Shown: positions 53,965 through 62,128 of the stretch, one piece after another | How positions within the stretch are numbered: position 1 is the first letter of the stretch | How the letters are laid out: every line of letters begins with the position of its first letter | DNA from: a virus | IMG/VR virus record: IMGVR_UViG_3300039452_000120 | Length of the DNA stretch: 64,000 nucleotides | Direction: 5' to 3' (one strand) | The notes under the pieces: generated by a model | The model's database searches: none | Seen by the model: the letters and a program-made list of their open reading frames with translations, nothing else | What the model was told of the DNA's origin: nothing | Program-made: the position numbers and the translations under genes

Positions 53965-56900
53965 ATGGCAGCAATACAAATACCAACTGGGTTTTCTCTA
54001 ACTAATCCGGGTTTACTTGATGCTGATTATGGGCCATATAGTTCGTTATCAGCAGCCCTTCTTGCCTTACCATTGGCTACGAGAGCACCGGGTAAGACAT
54101 TCGGCGTTTATGTAAGTAGCGTAATAAAAGAATACACTTGGGATAGTAATGTTAGTGATGGAGCAGTCCGTCTTAAGGTGGATACTTCCAGTTTCTTAAC
54201 GTCTGCTTCTGCTAATGTGCCTAATGGCTATGCTCAACTTGATAGCAGTGGCTTGATCCCTTCTTCTTTATTTTCTTCTACAGCTTTAGGGGACGTTGTT
54301 TATAAGGGAACTTATAATGGTACAGTCATCACTTCAGATGATAGTTCATTGAATGGGAATGCTTTACCAACTGCTGCTACTGGTAATAAGGGATATTATT
54401 TTATTTGTACATCTGCTTTTACTTTGAGTTCAGTTGTGTACAGTGTAGGTGATTGGATAATTAGTAATGGAGCAGCAGGCTGGTCACGGGTAGCAAACGC
54501 TGATGCTGTTAGTACAGTTTTTGGTAGAAATGGCAATATAGTAGCAAATGCTACTGATTATTCTGCTTATTATCCATCTTTATCTGGTGCTTATGTAAAT
54601 CCTTCTTGGATTTCTTCATTAGCTTGGGTAAAGCTTACTGGTGTTCCTTCTACAGTGTCTGGTTACGGTATTACTGATGTTTTAGCACAACCGCTTACAG
54701 GATTTGCTAACTCTTCTGGTAGCGTCACCTCAAGTGATACTATATTAACAGCTTTACAAAAGATTTATGGTAATTACGCTGCGGGTGGTGGTACTGGTAC
54801 AGTTTCCTCATTAACAACAAGTGGGTCTTCTGGCGCGGCTACCTTCATATCAGGTGTATTAAATATACCAAATTATACCTTATCGGGGTTGGGTGGTATT
54901 TCAGCGTCTTCTACAGATGTCTTAACCAATAAAAATCTCACTGACTCCAGCAATGTTTTTCCAACTTTTAATCAAAGTACGACCGGGAACGCTGCCACTG
55001 CTACTGCTTTGCAAACGTCACGAAATATCAATGGAGTGGCTTTTGATGGTTCAGCAAATATTACGGTAGCTGCTGCAGCCAATACATTAACAGGGACTAC
55101 ATTAGCTTCCAACGTAGTTAATTCATCCCTTACTTCAGTTGGAACGTTATTGAATTTAACAGTAACTAATCCTATTAGCGGCAGTTTGGCAGGAAATGCT
55201 TCAACAGCAACTGCTTTACAAACTGCTCGAAGTATAAATGGGGTTAATTTTGATGGGTCAGCCAATATTACAATAGCAGCTGCTGCTGGTACTTTAACAG
55301 GAACAACACTTCCTTCTAATGTTGTAAATTCATCATTAACGTCTGTTGGAACGCTTGCAAATTTAACGGTAACAAATGTCATAAGTGGTAGTGTTAGTGG
55401 AAATGCTGGTACTGTAACCAATGGCTTGTATTCAACTGGTACTTATTCAAATCCTTCTTGGTTAACTGGGTTGGCTTGGTCGAAAATAAGTGCCACCCCT
55501 ACCACTGTTTCAGGTTACGGCATTACCGACATTCTTTCTCAAACTCTTGCTGGTCTGTCTACAAGCACTGGAGGTGTGATATCAACTTCTGATACTATAA
55601 TAAGTGGTTTCGGAAAGCTGCAAAACCAAATCAGTGGGATTGTTGGTGGAATGATATATAAGGGTGTTTGGAACGCTTCGATAAATAGTCCTACAATTAC
55701 GAGTGGTTCAGGAACACTTGGTTGGTTTTATAAAGTAGGTACAGCTGGTACTACAACTGTTGACGGTAATTCTCAATGGAATGTAGGTGACCTATTATTA
55801 TTTGATGGTACGACTTGGGATAAAATTGATGGTATTTCTTCTGAGGTTGTTTCAGTATTTGGTAGAGTTGGCTCTGTAACTGCTCAATCAGGTGATTACA
55901 CTACTTCTTTAGTAACGGAAGGCACTAACCTGTATTTCACAAATGCGAGGGCTATAGCTTCGACATTAACAGGTTACGCTGCAGCTGCTGGAACAGTAAG
56001 TTCAACTGATACTGTAAAGGGCGCAATACAAAAGATTGATGGTAATGTTGCTGCATTAGTTACCGGGGTATCGTCATTTAATACAAGAACTGGAGCAATC
56101 ACACCAGCTTCGGGTGATTACACTTTTGCACAGATAGGCTCTAAACCTACTACAGTATCTGGTTATGGTATTGCGGATATACTGACTCAGGCTTTAACAG
56201 GCTTTAGTTCAACTACAGGCACAGTAACATCTTCAGATGGTATTCTGACTGCGTTCCAAAAATTGTATGGAAACGATGCGTTAAAAGCACCTTTAGCTTC
56301 GCCTACGTTTACGGGCACTCCCGCTGCTCCAACTGCCGCTCAAGGCACTAATACCACTCAGGTCGCAACGACTGCTTACGTTCAGGGTGAGTTCACTGCT
56401 TCAGCGATTTATTTCAGTTCAAATACCTTCGGTGGTTCAGGTACTTCAGGAAGCCCATATGCTATAACTTTAACGACTACAGGAACTTCTGGAGCTGCTT
56501 CTTTTGTAAGTGGCACATTAAATATACCGCAATATTCAGGTACAGTTTATACATTCACGAATGGTGTAACTGCACCAAGTAATGCTATACAATTAGATAC
56601 AACATATGCTGCTACTTACACTGCTGCTTGGACTTTTCAAACAAGTGCTGCTGGTTCAAGCGGTAGAAATGTAGTACTAAATATTAATACAAGTACAGTA
56701 TCGACTTCCGGGTCACCAGTGCAAAGATCAGGAACGTTACATTTTCAAGGTTACGGATGGGGAACAACAGCAGCTACTAACCAATCAACTGATTGGCAAG
56801 TATATGTGGCTCCAATATCATCTACTACGGCATATAGCCAGTTGAATTTTGATGCTTCTAATAATGGGGGTGTGTATTCTACTGTATTTTATGTAAATAG

Positions 56901-57930
56901 TTTTGGTTCATTTGTAGCGAACGGCACATTTTATATGGCTGTTGGAAACGTATTGGCTTCAAATACGACTGATGGTTTTGTGTATCAGAACGGTTCTGCT
57001 GCTACTTCAGGTGCTAAATTACAAAATACTACAGTTGAACGTTTTCGTGGTTCAGTATGGAATCAGACAGGAACACCAACAGCTTGGTATTATGATTTTA
57101 TTTTTGGTGCTCGTGGTACTTCCAATACTACCGTTAATCCTAACGCAACTTTTTATTGGTCAAATTATTTGGGTTCTTCAACTACTACAGGAACAGTAAA
57201 TGATTTGATGAGTCTTGATAATTTCGGGAATTTGACTCTTTTAAAGGGTAAATTGAATTTCTCTGTAACCAGTTATGCACAGACGGCTTGGGCTAATAAC
57301 ACAATAGCGAATGTATCAGGTGCTGCATTTAATATGACTGCTGCTACTTATCAAGATACAAGCACAGGGTCAGGTGCAACTGTAACATATAACTTTGTAC
57401 ATGTATTTGCTCAACCGACTTTATCAGCTTTAAATACTGTAGTTACTTACACAAATGCTGCTACTGTTTATATTGCTGGTTCACCAATAGCTGGAGCAAA
57501 TGTAACACTGACAAGTTCTTATTCCTTGTGGGTAAATTCAGGGGCATCTTTCTTTGGGGGAAATGTGACTGTTGCACACTTAGGTGGTAATATTTCGACT
57601 GCTCCAACTAAGACAGCTGGTGCTGGTGCTGGTACTTCACCGACCATTACTGTAACAGGTAGTGATATGGTAATTAAAATCAGTGTCCTTACAGGAACTT
57701 CCCCTTCAAATAACTCGATAATAGCTACAATAACATTCAATCAAACATATGCTGTTACACCTAAAGTATTTTTGGTACCTGTAAACGCAGCTGCTGCTGC
57801 TTTAACCGGGTCAGCCAAGCCGTTTGTAGATGATTCACTATCAGGAACAAGTTCTTTCTCGTTCAGTAGTGGTGCAACTGCTTTAGCAGCTTCTACTACT
57901 TATCTATGGTATGCTTTTGTAGTGCAATAA
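53965..57930 (+). CDS. long tail fibre protein
   Basis: 1321 aa, Ser/Thr/Gly/Ala-rich. Contains GNAxTATALQTxRxINGVxFDGSANIT fibre repeats and three xPTTVSGYG(I)TDxL modules. Confidence 0.75.
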   Translation: MAAIQIPTGFSLTNPGLLDADYGPYSSLSAALLALPLATRAPGKTFGVYVSSVIKEYTWDSNVSDGAVRLKVDTSSFLTSASANVPNGYAQLDSSGLIPSSLFSSTALGDVVYKGTYNGTVITSDDSSLNGNALPTAATGNKGYYFICTSAFTLSSVVYSVGDWIISNGAAGWSRVANADAVSTVFGRNGNIVANATDYSAYYPSLSGAYVNPSWISSLAWVKLTGVPSTVSGYGITDVLAQPLTGFANSSGSVTSSDTILTALQKIYGNYAAGGGTGTVSSLTTSGSSGAATFISGVLNIPNYTLSGLGGISASSTDVLTNKNLTDSSNVFPTFNQSTTGNAATATALQTSRNINGVAFDGSANITVAAAANTLTGTTLASNVVNSSLTSVGTLLNLTVTNPISGSLAGNASTATALQTARSINGVNFDGSANITIAAAAGTLTGTTLPSNVVNSSLTSVGTLANLTVTNVISGSVSGNAGTVTNGLYSTGTYSNPSWLTGLAWSKISATPTTVSGYGITDILSQTLAGLSTSTGGVISTSDTIISGFGKLQNQISGIVGGMIYKGVWNASINSPTITSGSGTLGWFYKVGTAGTTTVDGNSQWNVGDLLLFDGTTWDKIDGISSEVVSVFGRVGSVTAQSGDYTTSLVTEGTNLYFTNARAIASTLTGYAAAAGTVSSTDTVKGAIQKIDGNVAALVTGVSSFNTRTGAITPASGDYTFAQIGSKPTTVSGYGIADILTQALTGFSSTTGTVTSSDGILTAFQKLYGNDALKAPLASPTFTGTPAAPTAAQGTNTTQVATTAYVQGEFTASAIYFSSNTFGGSGTSGSPYAITLTTTGTSGAASFVSGTLNIPQYSGTVYTFTNGVTAPSNAIQLDTTYAATYTAAWTFQTSAAGSSGRNVVLNINTSTVSTSGSPVQRSGTLHFQGYGWGTTAATNQSTDWQVYVAPISSTTAYSQLNFDASNNGGVYSTVFYVNSFGSFVANGTFYMAVGNVLASNTTDGFVYQNGSAATSGAKLQNTTVERFRGSVWNQTGTPTAWYYDFIFGARGTSNTTVNPNATFYWSNYLGSSTTTGTVNDLMSLDNFGNLTLLKGKLNFSVTSYAQTAWANNTIANVSGAAFNMTAATYQDTSTGSGATVTYNFVHVFAQPTLSALNTVVTYTNAATVYIAGSPIAGANVTLTSSYSLWVNSGASFFGGNVTVAHLGGNISTAPTKTAGAGAGTSPTITVTGSDMVIKISVLTGTSPSNNSIIATITFNQTYAVTPKVFLVPVNAAAAALTGSAKPFVDDSLSGTSSFSFSSGATALAASTTYLWYAFVVQ
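54985..55398 (+). repeat. in-frame tandem duplication, 2 x 207 nt, inside the tail-fibre gene
   Basis: 69-aa units GNAATATALQTSRNINGVAFDGSANITVAAAANTLTGTTLASNVVNSSLTSVGTLLNLTVTNPISGSLA and GNASTATALQTARSINGVNFDGSANITIAAAAGTLTGTTLPSNVVNSSLTSVGTLANLTVTNVISGSVS. Confidence 0.85.
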
Positions 57931-57934
57931 AAAC

Positions 57935-59143
57935 ATGGGGAATTATTACATATCCACTGCTGGCTCGACACTCAATACTGGGTTGTCGTTATTTTCTCCG
58001 TGGCCATATTCAAAGATTGGCACCTTTGAAAATCCAGGCGACACGGTTTATTTACGGAAAGGTGAAAGTTACATTGGCACTCTTACATTTTCACGTTCAG
58101 GGTCTTCTGGTAATCGTATAACTTATGATTTGTACGATACTATGACTAACAACGCTATTATTGATGGCGGTGGTAGTACTTCTGGCCCAGTTTGTAATGT
58201 TACAGGTAGTTTTATCAATTTCAGAAACATAGTATTCCAAAACAATTCTCACTTAAACGGTGTAATATTTATAGGTAACAATGTAAGAGATGTAACATTT
58301 TACAATTGTTGTGCTTTTAATGGTTTGAGAGGATTTTATTCATATCAGGCAGGAACTGGTGGTGTAGCTAACATAGTATTAGACACTTGTTGGACTAAGG
58401 GAATATTTGCTGCTGTTAGTGGCGGTAACCCGGTAGGTGGTGCAGGTAGTCATATACAATTCAATGCTATGAATGGTTCTGGTGTGGAAATTAAGAACAA
58501 TAAGTGCTATACACCAGTAACGGTAAATAACGCTAATACTGCTAACAATGGGGTTGGTGATATTATAAATTTGTATCAATGTAATGGTACATCGGCAAGC
58601 TACATGCTCGTTCATGATAATGAGATACGTGGTGGTAGTTCGGGTTCAAATGGTTATGCTGGTTTAATATTAGGTGACTTAGGGGGCTCATATCAATATG
58701 GCTACAATAACATATTCATCAATTCTGGTCGAGTTGGTGCTCAGGTGCAAGGTGGTACGTTCATTAATATGAGCAATAATAAGATTTATACGGCTCACTT
58801 CCCGTATACTTCAGTTGGCTTATCATTTGGTAATTACTCTGGACTACCTTGTAATAATATTACGATGGGTGGTAATTTAATAAACTTCCCGTCCGCTGAT
58901 AACAGTTATTCCATTTTCAATGAATGGATAGACACATCTACACCAAATTCGACTTCTACAGGTGTATCTGGTGGGGCTGCTTTAGCGACTCCAACAAATT
59001 GGTCAACTAATACACCTGTCAACACCGCAGATTCAGGTGCTTATGACGCGTTGTTGGCTGACCCTTTGTTTAATAATGGAGATTGGAATACAGTAACAGG
59101 AAGTGGTTTAATCACTGTAAAAAGGAAAATACATTTAATATAA
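57935..59143 (+). CDS. right-handed beta-helix protein (candidate polysaccharide depolymerase / tail spike)
   Basis: N-terminal YYISTAGSTLNTGLSLFSPW...PGDTVYLRKGESY and repeated xNNxI/GG turns; paralog of 60953-62095. Confidence 0.6.
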   Translation: MGNYYISTAGSTLNTGLSLFSPWPYSKIGTFENPGDTVYLRKGESYIGTLTFSRSGSSGNRITYDLYDTMTNNAIIDGGGSTSGPVCNVTGSFINFRNIVFQNNSHLNGVIFIGNNVRDVTFYNCCAFNGLRGFYSYQAGTGGVANIVLDTCWTKGIFAAVSGGNPVGGAGSHIQFNAMNGSGVEIKNNKCYTPVTVNNANTANNGVGDIINLYQCNGTSASYMLVHDNEIRGGSSGSNGYAGLILGDLGGSYQYGYNNIFINSGRVGAQVQGGTFINMSNNKIYTAHFPYTSVGLSFGNYSGLPCNNITMGGNLINFPSADNSYSIFNEWIDTSTPNSTSTGVSGGAALATPTNWSTNTPVNTADSGAYDALLADPLFNNGDWNTVTGSGLITVKRKIHLI

Positions 59144-59159
59144 CATAAAAACTGGAAAA

Positions 59160-59573
59160 ATGCAAAATTTAACATTTCAAGAACTGGAAGAAGTAAGTAT
59201 CAATTCTCAAATTCTGAGAAGCTGTAATGACGTCCCCTTTGCGATGTCAAATCTTATTAATGGAAATTCTATAATAGCACAAGCTACTATAGAAAAACAC
59301 AAAAAAGCAGTTGATAATCTGGAAGACCGTAAAAAGGAAGCTGAAAAGATTAAGTCTGAAAAAGACCGTAAGATTGCTTTAGACAAAGTAGAGGTGGATA
59401 GAAAGGGGTTGGAAACAGCTACTTATGAGATTGAACTTCATCAATGGGCTGAGTCTGATTTTACTTGTTTAGATATTAAGGGTGACAAGGAAGTGCCACA
59501 ACCGGGTGGTTTCGTACTTCGTTTTAGCTATCGTGAAGCATTCTACAATATGAGGAAGTTTATCCTCAAATAA
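59160..59573 (+). CDS. hypothetical protein (possible fibre assembly factor)
   Basis: 137 aa, between the two receptor-binding modules. Confidence 0.4.
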   Translation: MQNLTFQELEEVSINSQILRSCNDVPFAMSNLINGNSIIAQATIEKHKKAVDNLEDRKKEAEKIKSEKDRKIALDKVEVDRKGLETATYEIELHQWAESDFTCLDIKGDKEVPQPGGFVLRFSYREAFYNMRKFILK

Positions 59574-59579
59574 AACATT

Positions 59580-60941
59580 ATGGCTACAGGGGATAAGAAA
59601 TACTTTGAGATTGATTATACTGCTACTGTTCAGGATGATGATTTAATTGCTTTAGGACGAGGAACAGGCACAGATGGTAGTTTAGCCACGAGTGCTTCAG
59701 TTTTTAAGAATTATATCAATAGTCCTGTTTTCGATAGCAATAAACCCATCACCCGAAATGTAGATGGGTTTTATGGTATAAATATCGGGGCTTCTACAAT
59801 ACAAGATTTTCTTGAAGGGGCTTTCTTTCCTGCCGTAACTCCAGTGAATCAGGACATAATGTTTGATTTCACTAATACACTGAAAAATTATTATTATGAC
59901 GGTGTAAACGTTCTGTTTAATAATCCTAATGGAACAGGTGGGACTTGTTATGCGCATCAGATAATGTTGATGTTTTTTGATACCAGCAATACTTTGATGT
60001 ACATCGTTATTCTTCCACCGGGTCATTACCAATTCTTAGTAAAGAATGTGATGTCAAATTGGAAGATGGCGATGGCTATTGGGGCGGTTAAACAGAATGT
60101 TACTGCAAAGTACGTTAAAATAAATAACACTGCTGTTGTAAATAGTAAATTGGATTTGGGAGCAGTTGTTAATAATTTTAATGGATTGTATGATTATCGT
60201 TGGCTTTATCCGCCAACAATAGTAGGTTTAACTACAAATTTGATTGTAGAGGCTGGTGATATCAATGATTCAGGTGTTCCCCTCATCCTTAAAAACGAAA
60301 TGCCATTGGTTCCTTGGTATTGGGTACACAATTTGAATTTCTTTAGTCATTTAATATTTGTATGTAATCAAAACTATGATACAGTAACAAATCAATATGT
60401 CACTTGGGCACCAGAATATTGGACACAGGAATTTCGTTGGATACCTGATAATTGGCATGCATTAGCCTTTATAATCAATTCATCTGATTATCCCGTATTA
60501 TATGATGCTTATTTTCGCCGTACTTCCGGGGATGTTTTAGCATTACAATATGCTGAACGTGATCAAATTAGCGGAGTTCAAACTGGTGATATAATAGTAA
60601 TGAAGCAAAGTGTGGGCAATCCCGCTGGGCGTATTAAAGTCATTGATGCTCGTCAGTATTCTACAGATGCTATAGTAATAGAAGTTTTCTCAAATTATGA
60701 GATGGCTTTCAATGTTTCTTTACCGGGCGATACCCACTATTTCAAGGATACCTCTCCAGCTAATGGACAAATGTATTTCTTTATGCGTTCTTATGATATG
60801 ACATTTGGAACGGCTAATCAATTTAAGAAATTCGCTGTACATAATGGAGTAACTCATACTAATTCAGGGAGTGGTTTGATATTTTTTCAAACTGTGAATA
60901 ATGGTGGGCAACGTGTAGTAACTATTCAAGATAATCCATAA
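59580..60941 (+). CDS. receptor-binding-module protein with shared N-terminal anchor (copy B)
   Basis: MATGDKKYFEIDYTATVQDDDLIALGRG... is paralogous to 53081-53938 over about 88 aa, then diverges. Confidence 0.5.
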   Translation: MATGDKKYFEIDYTATVQDDDLIALGRGTGTDGSLATSASVFKNYINSPVFDSNKPITRNVDGFYGINIGASTIQDFLEGAFFPAVTPVNQDIMFDFTNTLKNYYYDGVNVLFNNPNGTGGTCYAHQIMLMFFDTSNTLMYIVILPPGHYQFLVKNVMSNWKMAMAIGAVKQNVTAKYVKINNTAVVNSKLDLGAVVNNFNGLYDYRWLYPPTIVGLTTNLIVEAGDINDSGVPLILKNEMPLVPWYWVHNLNFFSHLIFVCNQNYDTVTNQYVTWAPEYWTQEFRWIPDNWHALAFIINSSDYPVLYDAYFRRTSGDVLALQYAERDQISGVQTGDIIVMKQSVGNPAGRIKVIDARQYSTDAIVIEVFSNYEMAFNVSLPGDTHYFKDTSPANGQMYFFMRSYDMTFGTANQFKKFAVHNGVTHTNSGSGLIFFQTVNNGGQRVVTIQDNP

Positions 60942-60952
60942 AACAAACAACA

Positions 60953-62095
60953 ATGAAACGATTAATCACCTTTTGTATGTGCTTGATGGTAGCCGTCAGC
61001 ACATTTGCACAGACTTTAACCAAGTCGCAGGCAGACTCAATCCCGATTATTGGTATTAATGCTATGAAACAGCAAGTTGCTAAGTACAAGTATTATCAGC
61101 CAACTCAGGGGAAAATTGATAGTTTAATTGATATTTATAGTGGACAGTTAACAGCTGCTTTCAATAATTTGACTTATCTCCAACCACCAGTTGTAACTCC
61201 ACCAGTGGTAGTAATTACTTATAAGGCTTCGGGGACTATTCATTATCAAAATTTAAGTAATGTAGTGATAAGTGGGTTATCGGTGGATGCTAAAAGTACA
61301 GGAACTATTGCTATACAATTAGATAATTGTACTAATGTAAAAATTGTTGCAAGCCGTATTGTAAATTCTACTAATGACGGTATTCAGCTTAATAATTGTA
61401 CGAATGTTGAAATTAGTAATTGTTTTATAAGTAACGTGAAAGCTGGGGTTAATGCTAAGTATTCAAAAACTATAAATGTACACAATAATCAGTTTTTGAA
61501 TATGAATGGGCCATTTCCTTCTGGAAATTTTGTACAATTTAATAATGTCAATGGTAGTGGCAACAGAGTGCAAAATAATAAATGTGAGGACATTGCTGGA
61601 GTAGCTAAACATCCACAGGACGGCATTAGTATATATGAATCAAATGGCTTACCGGGTGATAGTATAATGGTTACAGGCAACTGGATACGTGGTGGACAGA
61701 TAATCAATGATTCAGGTGGTGCAGCTGCTGTAGTTTTAGGGGACGTTGGTGGTTCCTATCAGGTTGCTCGTAATAATATAGTAGTTAATGGCGGTTTTGT
61801 AGGAATGCAAGTACAAGGTGGTTCACACATTAAAATGGATCACAATAAGATATATGGTGGTGTAACTGCTTATTCAAATTGTGGACTTTGTTTTGGTAAT
61901 TATTCAGGACAAAGTAGCTATGATATATACATAGCTTATAATCAGGTGAAGTATTTCAAGACAAATGGACAAGAACAGGATGATTGGTATGACCCAAGTA
62001 CAGCATTCCAGCCAGATGGATGGTATACAAACATATTAGGGGCTAATATTACACCTACTTCACTTTTACCTACAACTATAATCACCTTGAATTAA
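60953..62095 (+). CDS. beta-helix protein with Sec-type signal peptide
   Basis: MKRLITFCMCLMVAVSTFAQ signal peptide; the core GDVGGSYQVARNNIVVNGGFVGMQVQGGSHIKMDHNKIY...GLCFGNYSG aligns with 57935-59143. Confidence 0.6.
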   Translation: MKRLITFCMCLMVAVSTFAQTLTKSQADSIPIIGINAMKQQVAKYKYYQPTQGKIDSLIDIYSGQLTAAFNNLTYLQPPVVTPPVVVITYKASGTIHYQNLSNVVISGLSVDAKSTGTIAIQLDNCTNVKIVASRIVNSTNDGIQLNNCTNVEISNCFISNVKAGVNAKYSKTINVHNNQFLNMNGPFPSGNFVQFNNVNGSGNRVQNNKCEDIAGVAKHPQDGISIYESNGLPGDSIMVTGNWIRGGQIINDSGGAAAVVLGDVGGSYQVARNNIVVNGGFVGMQVQGGSHIKMDHNKIYGGVTAYSNCGLCFGNYSGQSSYDIYIAYNQVKYFKTNGQEQDDWYDPSTAFQPDGWYTNILGANITPTSLLPTTIITLN

Positions 62096-62128
62096 TTCAG
62101 GTATAATTTTTCGTAAATATACAGTAGA

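Noticed and set aside
54985-55398. Tandem repeat considered as a possible CRISPR or other non-coding array
   Set aside because: There are only two units and no spacers. The units are in frame within a long ORF and encode a recognised fibre repeat.
54972-55421. 149-aa minus-strand ORF inside the tail-fibre gene
   Set aside because: It lies exactly antisense to the 2 x 207-nt coding tandem repeat. The Ala/Val/Thr-rich translation is the mirror of the Ser/Thr/Ala/Gly-rich fibre codons, and no other credible minus-strand gene exists in the window.
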